Positions 1 to 7,216 of a stretch of DNA of 32,000 bases are shown one piece after another (position 1 is the first letter of the stretch; the number at the start of each line of letters is the position of its first letter). The DNA is from Candidatus Methylomirabilis oxygeniifera (lineage in GTDB: Bacteria; Methylomirabilota; Methylomirabilia; Methylomirabilales; Methylomirabilaceae): positions 330,001 through 362,000 of the forward strand of contig FP565575.1 in NCBI GenBank assembly GCA_000091165.1, read 5' to 3'. The notes under the pieces were generated by a model. It was not told where the DNA came from. It saw only the letters and a program-made list of their open reading frames with translations, and did no database searches. Both the position numbers and the translations under genes were made by a program.

Positions 1-63
1 TATCAGGTACTGGACGACATCAAAACTGTCAAGGTTATCCGTCTGTGGACCCATTACGAATAA
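1..63 (+). CDS. 3' end of a CDS running in from the left edge; possible YoeB/RelE-type toxin tail
   Basis: The open frame from base 1 reads YQVLDDIKTVKVIRLWTHYE then TAA at 61-63. The ...V.VIR.W.HY ending resembles YoeB/Txe-like toxin C-termini. Only 20 residues are visible. Confidence 0.3.
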   Translation, partial: YQVLDDIKTVKVIRLWTHYE

Positions 64-309
64 CCCCCGCTCTAATGCCCCTCCCTGGATTGGAGTAGAG
101 TCCTAATTCCTTTTCATCCACACTAAACCCCGAAGAGCCGGAATTATCCTGATCTGTGTTTCTCGCCCACTATGGGTTCCGAAGCATCATTGACAAGTGC
201 TTGGAAACCGAAGAGAATGGCGGCAATCTGTGGGCAACCCAAGGACAATGCTATGCCGGTCAACATGCTCGATCGTTCGGCCTGGCGGGTGAAGGAAAGT
301 TGACATCCG

Positions 310-594
310 ATGGCCCTGGTGTTTGAATGGGATCCAAGGAAGGCTCGCAGGAACCTCGCGATACACGGAGTGTCCTTCGACGAGGCCAGCACGGCATTCC
401 AGGATCCCTTGTCGAAGACGATCGACGATCCACTGCATTCTGAAGATGAAGAGCGCTTCGTGCTGCTTGGCCATTCCCATCGAAATCGCCTCTTGGTCGT
501 GGTACATACCGAACGGGGTGGCCGAATACGACTCATCAGCGCGCGGCTCGCAGCCAACAAAGAAAGGGTGATGTATGAAGCGAGTAAGGAATGA
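310..594 (+). CDS. brnT: BrnT-family toxin (DUF497)
   Basis: 94 aa. The N-terminus FEWDPRKARRNLAIHGVSFDEASTAF and the later RIRLISAR are typical of DUF497/BrnT ribonuclease toxins. A small overlapping downstream partner gene is present. Confidence 0.85.
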   Translation: MALVFEWDPRKARRNLAIHGVSFDEASTAFQDPLSKTIDDPLHSEDEERFVLLGHSHRNRLLVVVHTERGGRIRLISARLAANKERVMYEASKE

Positions 595-820
595 TCCCGA
601 CATGCTGGAAGAGTACGATTTTAGCGGCGGCGTGCAAGGCAAGTACGCGAAACGATACGCTGAAGGCGCCAACGTGGTCGTCATTGATCCCGACGTGGCG
701 GAGTATTTCCCAGACCACGACGCGGTCAATGAAGCGCTACGCGGGCTGGCCGCCATCATTAAGAGACGGCGGAAGGCCGAACCAGCGGCTCCACGCGGAC
801 GCACTGCCGCGCGCCGCTGA
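575..820 (+). CDS. Cognate small antitoxin-like protein of the BrnT module
   Basis: 81 aa, overlapping brnT by 20 nt. The motif EEYDFSGGVQGKYAKRY...VVIDPDVAEYFPD..AVNEALR recurs in small partners of DUF497 toxins. An alternative start is ATG 602 (MLEEYDFS...), preceded by AAGGA. Confidence 0.6.
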   Translation: MKRVRNDPDMLEEYDFSGGVQGKYAKRYAEGANVVVIDPDVAEYFPDHDAVNEALRGLAAIIKRRRKAEPAAPRGRTAARR

Positions 821-978
821 TCCGCAACGCCGTTAGCCAGACGTACGCCTCAAATGCGTAGACCGCGGTGATCGTATGAGCAACATTTTCCAGAACCTTG
901 GTTCTTGGTTTACATCTGGGCGCCATAACGGGATTAGGCCGGCCGGTCTTTGCCGCTATAGGCCTTGCTGAAATTCCG

Positions 979-1007
979 TTGACAAGTATAAGAAATAGCA
1001 GGAGAAT
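979..1007 (+). promoter_or_regulatory. Possible sigma70-type promoter upstream of the DUF1353 gene
   Basis: TTGACA (979-984), a 17-nt spacer, then GAGAAT (1002-1007), in an AT-rich stretch about 95 nt upstream of ATG 1100. Pattern match only. Confidence 0.3.
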
Positions 1008-1099
1008 CCCGCATATCGTGAGTATTATTGGGATTAGTGCTATACAGACCAGCGTAATCGTAGTTAGGCACCCTGTCTCAGCTCAAAAGGGAGAACACT

Positions 1100-2083
1100 A
1101 TGCGAAGATTCCTTCGCCTCTCTCTAGTTGCCGCCGCCTTCGCATTAATCTCGCCTGTCGCTACCGCCCAAGAGTACTTCGGGGAGTTCTTGGACAGGCC
1201 AAAAGGCGCTTTCATTGTCGAAGCGCAACCAAGGCCATTGTTTAGGGTCGAAACCGACTTCCGCTTTAAGGACCCAAATGGCCTGCTATGGTCGACGCCT
1301 GCTGGCACTGAGGTTGATGGGGCTTCGATTCCACAGTTGTTTTGGTCAATTATCGGAGGGCCGTTCGAGGGGCCGTATATAAACGCTTCCATCATTCACG
1401 ATTACTACTGTCGCACAATGGAACGCACCGCGCACGATACGCACAGGAACCTCTACTACGGAATGCGCACCTCCCAAGTACCCAAGTGGAAGGCTAAGTT
1501 GATGCATTGGGCCGTATCAGCGTTCGGACCATCATGGAAGCTAGAAAGACGCGTTGTAATGCGGCAGACTTGTGCTAACCCTCCCGATTTACCGGCAACC
1601 TGTTCGTCAGTTCCGACTTCTGAGGTCGTGCCTGTGAAATCTCCACCCATTGACCTCTCCGATCCCGTTGTCTTGGCGGCTGCAATTAGCAAGATGACCG
1701 CAGTCGCTAGAACACTTCTCACCTCAAACGGAGAGGTCCTCGATGTGACGGCTGGAGGACCGGTAAGCGCCACAGTCGAAGGTATTCAAGCGAGTGCAGA
1801 TGCATATCGTCAAGTATTTACAAGCAAGGAGTTCTCAAGCTCCCCCGCAAGGCTCGGCCTTTTATCGCAGGCCACCGGAAGTACTTTGGCAGACGTGCAG
1901 CCCTGGGCGGGTAACCGAATCCCAAGTCTTAAGGAGGCTATCGTACTGACCCCTAAAACCGTATCAAAGGTCGAAGCGAGTGCACCATTTAAGCTCGATC
2001 CACGGAGCAAGGACCTCATTCGCGATCGCGTGGACCTTGAGTTGCTCAAGGCGACAATCCATATACAGGACCGAAGCATGTAG
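1100..2083 (+). CDS. Secreted DUF1353-domain protein with an uncharacterised C-terminal half
   Basis: 327 aa. Signal peptide MRRFLRLSLVAAAFALISPVATAQE. FRFKDPNGLLWSTPAGTEVDGASIPQLFWSIIGGPF...ASIIHDYYC matches the DUF1353 signature (GxxxDGASIP...HD). GGGAGA lies 7 nt upstream of the ATG. Residues about 150-327 are not recognisable. Confidence 0.7.
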   Translation: MRRFLRLSLVAAAFALISPVATAQEYFGEFLDRPKGAFIVEAQPRPLFRVETDFRFKDPNGLLWSTPAGTEVDGASIPQLFWSIIGGPFEGPYINASIIHDYYCRTMERTAHDTHRNLYYGMRTSQVPKWKAKLMHWAVSAFGPSWKLERRVVMRQTCANPPDLPATCSSVPTSEVVPVKSPPIDLSDPVVLAAAISKMTAVARTLLTSNGEVLDVTAGGPVSATVEGIQASADAYRQVFTSKEFSSSPARLGLLSQATGSTLADVQPWAGNRIPSLKEAIVLTPKTVSKVEASAPFKLDPRSKDLIRDRVDLELLKATIHIQDRSM

Positions 2084-2100
2084 ACTTTACGGATGCCTAA

Positions 2101-2130
2101 CCCCTCGTTCTAGGGGACCGCCTACGGCGG
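2101..2130 (+). terminator. Two short tandem hairpins after the DUF1353 gene (weak terminator candidate)
   Basis: CCCCT-cgttct-AGGGG (2101-2116) and CCGCC-tac-GGCGG (2118-2130). There is no U-tract, so this is only a candidate. Confidence 0.2.
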
Positions 2131-2181
2131 CCGCTGAACTCGAAGTCGTTAGGCAGCACAGTTTTCAGAAAGGGTGACGAG

Positions 2182-2763
2182 ATGGGGAAGGTAGGCGAGA
2201 TAGACGCGTTAACAACCATTGACGAAGCACTATCAGCTCTGGAAGACCCCCATGCTCGGAGCCGAGTCTTGTCGTGGGCATTGAACAAATACTCATCAGA
2301 GACGCGGCCACCGGCCGACGATGTCGCTAAGACCAGGATGCCTAGGACAGGCAACAAGAGATCGAAGAAAAAGCCTTCCGACGCAAAAGGCAGGGCCAGA
2401 GGTAAATCCAAAGCATCACTGTCGATGGTGAGAGATTTGAATTTGAAGCCCAAGGGCAAGAAGTCCCTGGATGAATTCGTTGAGGATAAGAAGCCGATTT
2501 CGCATTACGAAAAATCTACCGTCGCCGCCTATTATCTTAGGCATGAGCTGAGTCTTCCGGCTATTTCGGCAAATCACATCTATACGTGCTTCAAACACAT
2601 GAAGTGGCGGATTCCAGCCGATCTTTTTAACACTCTCGCTTACACAGCCAGCCAATACGGATGGCTCGACACGAGCAATCGGGATGACATAAAAGTGACC
2701 ACCATGGGCGAGAACCTAGTGGAGCACGATCTCCCAAAGGGAAAAGGGTCTAAGAAGAAGTGA
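2182..2763 (+). CDS. Hypothetical protein: acidic helical N-terminus, Lys/Arg-rich linker, C-terminal wHTH-like domain
   Basis: 193 aa. The linker is KRSKKKPSDAKGRARGKSKAS...KPKGKK. The C-terminal domain is SLDEFVEDKKPISHYEKSTVAAYYLRHELSLPAISANHIYTCFKHMKWRIPADLFNTLAYTASQYGWLD...VTTMGENLVEH. The stop overlaps the GTG of the next gene (GTGA at 2760-2763). No family was recognised. Confidence 0.6.
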   Translation: MGKVGEIDALTTIDEALSALEDPHARSRVLSWALNKYSSETRPPADDVAKTRMPRTGNKRSKKKPSDAKGRARGKSKASLSMVRDLNLKPKGKKSLDEFVEDKKPISHYEKSTVAAYYLRHELSLPAISANHIYTCFKHMKWRIPADLFNTLAYTASQYGWLDTSNRDDIKVTTMGENLVEHDLPKGKGSKKK

Positions 2764-3029
2764 CCGATTCAAACGAAATTTTGGAAGGGACACTTCTACA
2801 AGCTGTTCCGGAGGGACTTCGTCAGGAACTCCTTTCGGCCTATGGCCGAATTCTCAGAAACTTTAGAGAGAGGCGCTGGGAGCCTGCCGAATTGAACGGG
2901 GGGAAGCTTTGCGAGGTTGTTTATACAATTCTTCGCGGGTACATGGATGGCAAATACCCAAAGAAGTCCTCTAAGCCCAAGAATATGGTAGACGCGTGCT
3001 GCGGCCTTGAACAGGCTCCGGCGACTTCT
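2760..3029 (+). pseudogene. 5' fragment of an Abi_C/HEPN-like gene interrupted by IS3 element 1
   Basis: The frame reads MTDSNEILEG...KLCEVVYTILRGYMDGKYPKKSSKPKNMVDACCGLEQAPATS, then runs into the IS terminal repeat. The continuation is found at 4301-4804. Confidence 0.7.
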
Positions 3030-3097
3030 ATACTGACCCCCTTGAGAAGTAGACAGCGCTTGTGACAAACTGGGGCGACTCAACAAGGAGGTGTCGA

Positions 3098-3418
3098 ATG
3101 GCCGAGTCGACCCTGACACAGAATCGCTGGACGATCACCCGCAAGACGGCTGTGGTGCTGGAACTATTGCGTGGTGGTGAGGCCGCGGAGCTGGCCCGCA
3201 GGTATGGGCTCAGCCAAGCCCAACTGTTTGCCTGGCGGGATCGGTTCCTGGAAGGCGGGCAGGCGGCGCTCAAGACGCGCCGGGGACAGATCGACTCTGA
3301 GCGGGAGCGCCGCGTGCGGGAGCTGGAGCGCAAGGTGGGCCAGCTCACCCTGGAGAAGGAGCTGTTAAAAAAAACCGACGCGCTGATCCGCCAACGTGGG
3401 CGGAGGTCGACCAGTTGA
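3098..3418 (+). CDS. IS3-family transposase OrfA (HTH / leucine zipper)
   Basis: AAGGAGG lies 7 nt upstream of ATG 3098. ITRKTAVVLELLRGGEAAELARRYGLSQAQLFAWRDRFLEGG is the HTH. ERRVRELERKVGQLTLEKELLKK is the coiled coil that ends at the slippery site. Confidence 0.9.
   Translation: MAESTLTQNRWTITRKTAVVLELLRGGEAAELARRYGLSQAQLFAWRDRFLEGGQAALKTRRGQIDSERERRVRELERKVGQLTLEKELLKKTDALIRQRGRRSTS
3367..3374 (+). promoter_or_regulatory. Programmed -1 ribosomal frameshift site (A8 run) of IS element 1
   Basis: TTA AAA AAA ACC in the orfA frame. orfB (3415-4266) lies in the -1 frame relative to orfA, as in IS3-family OrfAB fusions. Confidence 0.75.
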
Positions 3419-4266
3419 GGGCGCAGGGTGCGCCGCTGAGTCTGGCGTGCCGGACACTGGGTGTCTCGCGCGCGGGCTTCTACAAATGGCAGCGCGGCTC
3501 GGCGCCCACTTCCCCGCAGCAGGCGCCGTGTGACGAGCGCCTGGCCCAGCGGATCCGGAACATCCTGGACCGCGAGGAGACCTTCGGCTACCGGCGGGTG
3601 TGGGCCTGGCTGCGGTTCCAGGAGGGCGTCAGGGTGAATCGCAAGACGGTCCATCGGATCATGCAACGGAAAGGGTGGCAATGCCGCGTGTGGCACCGTC
3701 CAGCCCTGCGGCCCACGCCGACGTGGGAGAAGTGTTCGACGGTCCAGCAGCCGGACCGGCTCTGGGCCACCGATGCGACGAAGATCTGGTGTGGTCGGGA
3801 TGGCTGGGCGAGTCTTATCGGCGTCCTCGACGCTGGCAGCCGCGAGTGCGTCGGCGCTCGGTTTGCCCGCCAGGGTCGGGCGATCGAAGCGGTCGATGCC
3901 CTGGAGCAAGGCATTCTCCAGTGCTATGGAAGTTTCGCCCACGTACCCGAGGGCCTGCGGCTTCGGCACGATAACGGTTCCATCTTCCTGGCCCGCCTGT
4001 TCGTTGGGACCACCCAGCAGCTTGCGATTACCCAGGAGTTTATCCCTCGATACTCCCCGGAGTACAACGGGGTCATTGAACGCTTCTTCCGCACCCTGAA
4101 GCAAGAATGTGTCTGGTTGCACCATTTCGAGTCCTTCGCGGAGGCCGAATCCATCATCATGGCCTGGATCGACCGCTACAACAGCGAGCGACAGCATTCG
4201 GCCCTGGGGTATCTCACCCCTCGGGTCTGGCGTGAACAGTTCTATCAACTCCCCCAGGCGGCATAA
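3415..4266 (+). CDS. IS3-family transposase OrfB (DDE/rve integrase core)
   Basis: 283 aa. DDE candidates are LWATDATKI, LRLRHDNGS and YSPEYNGVIERFFRTLKQE. The tail is the typical YNSERQHSALGYLTP. Confidence 0.9.
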   Translation: MRAQGAPLSLACRTLGVSRAGFYKWQRGSAPTSPQQAPCDERLAQRIRNILDREETFGYRRVWAWLRFQEGVRVNRKTVHRIMQRKGWQCRVWHRPALRPTPTWEKCSTVQQPDRLWATDATKIWCGRDGWASLIGVLDAGSRECVGARFARQGRAIEAVDALEQGILQCYGSFAHVPEGLRLRHDNGSIFLARLFVGTTQQLAITQEFIPRYSPEYNGVIERFFRTLKQECVWLHHFESFAEAESIIMAWIDRYNSERQHSALGYLTPRVWREQFYQLPQAA

Positions 4267-4300
4267 GCCCTGTTGACTTTCAGGGGGGCACTACACTTCT

Positions 4301-4804
4301 TCCTCACGTTCCGTGCGAATTCAGATACCGCGCATGCTCGTTGCTTTGTATGAAATCCGTAACAACAGGGGCGTTGGTCATGTTGGTGGGGACGTTGATC
4401 CGAATCATATGGATGCCGTATGCGTCCTAGAAATGTCCAAGTGGATTCTTGGTGAACTGATTCGAATCTTTCACGACGTGTCGACCGAAAAAGCGACCGC
4501 CGCAGTTGATGCAATAGTAGAACGAACGCTTCCTATTGTATGGGAGGTTGGCGGGAAGTTCCGGGTCCTTGAACCTCAAATGAGCATGAAAGATAAGGCT
4601 TTGGTGCTGCTTTATCACTGTACAGCCCCTGTAGCGGAGGCAAATCTCATTGATTGGGTAGAGCACTCAAATGCCTCCGTTTTTCGCCGGGATGTGCTTC
4701 GTCTGGCCCATAGACAAAGACTGCTCGAGTACGATGCCGATGCATGTACTGTTCAGATTTCGCCTCGTGGTATCGAACACGTCGAGACATCGATCTTGCA
4801 GTAG
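4301..4804 (+). pseudogene. 3' fragment of the Abi_C/HEPN-like gene interrupted by IS3 element 1
   Basis: The frame reads SSRSVRIQIPRMLVALYEIRNNRGVGHVGGDVDPNHMDAVCVLEMSKWILGELIRIF... to TAG at 4802-4804. LYEIRNNRGVGH fits an R-x(4-6)-H HEPN-type motif and resembles the RN..g.aHG core of Abi_C. Joining 3029 to 4301 is in frame. Confidence 0.65.
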
Positions 4805-4952
4805 TGCAGTGACCCGTCGGAGAGATAGGTAACAAAAAAGTCCTGGGACATGGGTTACACCTTGTGGCATTTTAATCTACCATATCCATCCTCGATGCGC
4901 ATATGCCGTTCATGGAGCCGGCCGAGTGTGAGTGGGCCGAAGTAAACGTTCC

Positions 4953-5522
4953 ATGGACAAAAGTATTGTAGCTCTGCTCGGCGTTGTGCTGGGATTCTTA
5001 CTGCAAGCGGTGGCTTCCCTCGTGCGATCCTATACAACCGGACGCCGCTTTGAGAATGCGGTCCGGGCAGAGCTGGCAGAGGCAAAAGAACTAATTGACC
5101 GCAAGATGCGTTGGATACTCAGAGATGAGACGGGAGTCACGCCCGAGTCGAGGAATCCTAGCCATGTTGTCGCCTGCTACGGGAGGCTGCTCTATCTTGG
5201 AGAACCAGAGGACTTTTCCGTGCATTTGCCATTTTGGGAGCAGAACATTCGAGCGATTGTCGAGGTTACACCTGCCAAGCCTTTCGCGGCGCTGTTCCAG
5301 GAAATCGTTCTCGTCAACAAATTTCTTTCCAAGTTTCGCGACATGAAGTTGGCGTTTACTTCTGGTCTTGGAGATCCCAAAGGGATGGCCGTTGCTTGCC
5401 TGGAAGACTTGATCAGCATACACGACCAGCTTATTCCGGGCCAAGCACTCGCACGAACTCTGTCGGTCCCGCTGGTTCTGCTAGGCTCCTCGGCAGCCGC
5501 GAAACAGGCCCCGAATGCATAA
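4953..5522 (+). CDS. Hypothetical N-terminally membrane-anchored protein
   Basis: From ATG 4953: MDKSIVALLGVVLGFLLQAVASLV (one TM helix), followed by about 165 soluble residues with no recognisable family. The ORF is open from GTG 4932. The ribosome-binding site is weak. GC is low, like the rest of the island. Confidence 0.5.
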   Translation: MDKSIVALLGVVLGFLLQAVASLVRSYTTGRRFENAVRAELAEAKELIDRKMRWILRDETGVTPESRNPSHVVACYGRLLYLGEPEDFSVHLPFWEQNIRAIVEVTPAKPFAALFQEIVLVNKFLSKFRDMKLAFTSGLGDPKGMAVACLEDLISIHDQLIPGQALARTLSVPLVLLGSSAAAKQAPNA

Positions 5523-5810
5523 CGAGGCGTTGGGTGGCCGCCGTGCTCGCGTTTTATTCTGCGAGGGTCCGTGTTGCTCCGTGTGCGATTTGTGGTTGTT
5601 CGGCGGGTCCTGCGGGTCGGACCGGCGTAACTTCTTGATGTGACAATATGAGTTCGCAAAATCGCCGTAGTCCATACGCGTAGCGGTATCGTTGTGACCA
5701 GGAAACGCACGCCCTGAGACAGACGCGATGCCCCGTACCGGCAACACGGCGACTCAACGCCAAGGCGTAAGCCGTCATCGCATGGCGTGCTTTCCGGACA
5801 CCTTGATTCC

Positions 5811-5819
5811 TGGTATGAT
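5811..5819 (+). promoter_or_regulatory. Possible extended -10 promoter (TGgTATGAT) for the DUF2442/DUF4160 pair
   Basis: TGGTATGAT lies about 23 nt upstream of ATG 5842, with GGAGG at 5828-5832. The -35 region is poor. Pattern match only. Confidence 0.3.
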
Positions 5820-5841
5820 CGACGTGTGGAGGAATCGAGCA

Positions 5842-6126
5842 ATGAGAAGGATTGTCACGGTCAAGGTATTGCCAGGATATCGCCTGGAGTTGGAATTTGA
5901 CGACGGAGTATCCGGGACCGTTGACCTCTCCGAAGCTGTCGGCAAAGGTGTATTCGCCCTGTGGTGCGACCCGCTCGCCTTCGATCGGGTTCGGATCGGG
6001 TCATCCGGCGAACTGGTCTGGGACGACCGGATTGATCTGTGCCCGGATGCGCTCTACCTCAAGGTGACAGGTAAGACACCGGAAGACATGTTTCCTGCGC
6101 TACGCGACCAGCCGACCCATGCCTGA
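5842..6126 (+). CDS. DUF2442 family protein
   Basis: 94 aa from ATG 5842 with a GGAGG RBS. VKVLPGYRLELEFDDGVSGTVDLSE...LCPDALY is typical of DUF2442. Its end overlaps the next gene by 8 nt. Confidence 0.75.
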   Translation: MRRIVTVKVLPGYRLELEFDDGVSGTVDLSEAVGKGVFALWCDPLAFDRVRIGSSGELVWDDRIDLCPDALYLKVTGKTPEDMFPALRDQPTHA

Positions 6127-6379
6127 GATCAGCCGATTCTTCGGCATCGTCATCAAGATGTTCTTCGACGATCACAATCCCCCACACTTTCATGCGGAAT
6201 ACGGCGGTGACCTTGCACTGATCGATATCCGCAGCTTGGCCGTGTTTTCAGGGCGGTTGCCGCCTCGCGTCACAGGTCTTGTGATCGAGTGGGCAACGCT
6301 TCATCAGCGGGAGCTTCTCGCCGATTGGGATCGGGCACAGGTGCGAGAGGAGCTCCAGAAGATTGCCCCCTTGGAATGA
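6119..6379 (+). CDS. DUF4160 family protein
   Basis: 86 aa. MPEISRFFGIVIKMFFDDHNPPHFHAEYGG is the hallmark DUF4160 N-terminus. Confidence 0.85.
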   Translation: MPEISRFFGIVIKMFFDDHNPPHFHAEYGGDLALIDIRSLAVFSGRLPPRVTGLVIEWATLHQRELLADWDRAQVREELQKIAPLE

Positions 6380-6443
6380 GAACGGCTAACCATTGGGTTG
6401 AGACCGACAGAGCGGCTCACCGCAAACGTCAGCCGGACAGAGG

Positions 6444-6731
6444 TCAAGCGGCCGCGAGCTTCTTGACGCGAAGCGACCGGCGCTTGGTCTCTGCCTTTGC
6501 CAGATCGAACTGGAGCTGCTGGCTGAGCCAGCTCTCCGCAGTGGTGCCGAAGGCGATCGACAGACGGACCGCCATCTCCGGGCTAATGCCGGCGCGGCAG
6601 TTCAGGATACTCGAGAGCGTCTTGCGACTGACCCCGAGCGCGTTGGCCGCTTCGGTCACGGTCAAACCGAGTGGCTGAAAGCAGAACTCGCGGAGCACCT
6701 CACCTGGATGAGGCGGATTGTGCATCTTCAT
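6444..6731 (-). CDS. higA: HigA-type antitoxin (XRE-family HTH)
   Basis: 95 aa. [15 protein letters not shown]...[56 protein letters not shown] is the HigA (antidote) signature. It lies 9 nt downstream of higB. Confidence 0.9.
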   Translation of the reverse strand: MKMHNPPHPGEVLREFCFQPLGLTVTEAANALGVSRKTLSSILNCRAGISPEMAVRLSIAFGTTAESWLSQQLQFDLAKAETKRRSLRVKKLAAA

Positions 6732-6740
6732 AGAGACACC

Positions 6741-7028
6741 TCAGTGGTAATCCTCATAATCGACATTGACGACATCAGGGCCTGAGAACGCGAACGTGAT
6801 ACGCCAGTTCCCACTCACGCTCACAGCCCATGTTCCTTCTCGCTCGCCTTTCAGCAGGTGGAGATCCAGTCCCGGCAGGCCCATGTCGCGGGGCTCTCTC
6901 GCGACGTTCAACCGACCGAGGATCAGGCGTAGTCTTCGGGCATGCTTGGCTTGGATGCCAGCGGTCGTTCCACGGAGGAAGAAACGCTCCAAGCCCTTAT
7001 GCCTGAACTTCAGGATCGCCACGGACAA
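6741..7028 (-). CDS. higB: HigB-type toxin (plasmid maintenance system killer, RelE superfamily)
   Basis: 95 aa. FRHKGLERFF...AKHARRLRLILGRLN...LDLHLLKGEREGTWAVSVSGNWRITFAF...VDYEDYH matches the HigB family. Confidence 0.9.
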   Translation of the reverse strand: MSVAILKFRHKGLERFFLRGTTAGIQAKHARRLRLILGRLNVAREPRDMGLPGLDLHLLKGEREGTWAVSVSGNWRITFAFSGPDVVNVDYEDYH

Positions 7029-7125
7029 ATTGTAACACGTAACGTCTCAGGTTGCAACTGGCTACCAATGGGCTCTAATGGATCGGACTCGCTGTTGTGG
7101 CCGGCCCACAACCATGGCTCAGATA

Positions 7126-7165
7126 CTGTGAGATTGCTCCAGTCGCTCTGCTCCTTCGCAATGAC
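7126..7165. repeat. Half copy of the GTCATTGCGAG-type REP/MITE-like repeat
   Basis: CTGTGAGATTGCTCCAGTCGCTCTGCTCCTTCGCAATGAC parallels the right arm of the 16744-16833 copy (CTGTGAGATTGCTTCGGTTTCGCCTCGCAATGAC). Confidence 0.6.
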
Positions 7166-7216
7166 CCGCAGGGGACTTAATGACCACAGAGGATTGTGTG
7201 ACGGTGGATAAGAGTA

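Larger units (their letters stand above)
3030..4294 (+). mobile_element. IS3-family insertion sequence (element 1)
   Basis: orfA/orfB architecture with an A8 slippery run. The terminal inverted repeats are imperfect and about 35-40 bp long: aTAcTGACCCCCTTGAGAAGTAGACAGCGCTT versus the reverse complement of the right end, gTAgTGCCCCCCTGAAAGTCAACAGGGCTT. TG...CA termini lie at 3034/4290. ACTTCT flanks both sides (3024-3029 and 4295-4300). A 60-nt sample gives about 65% GC against 45-50% for the host island. Confidence 0.9.

Noticed and set aside
3028-4248. 406-aa ORF on the minus strand covering IS element 1
   Set aside because: It is an antisense shadow of orfA/orfB in high-GC DNA. The product is Arg/Pro/Ala-rich and low-complexity, with no motifs, and the sense strand carries clear transposase signatures.
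5481-5842. ORFs 5481-5747 and 5192-5842 (minus) and 5728-5841 (plus extension of the DUF2442 ORF) in the island/TA spacer
   Set aside because: The products are low-complexity and Arg/Pro-rich, with no RBS. The DUF2442 gene has a clear GGAGG-ATG start at 5842. The region is treated as non-coding.
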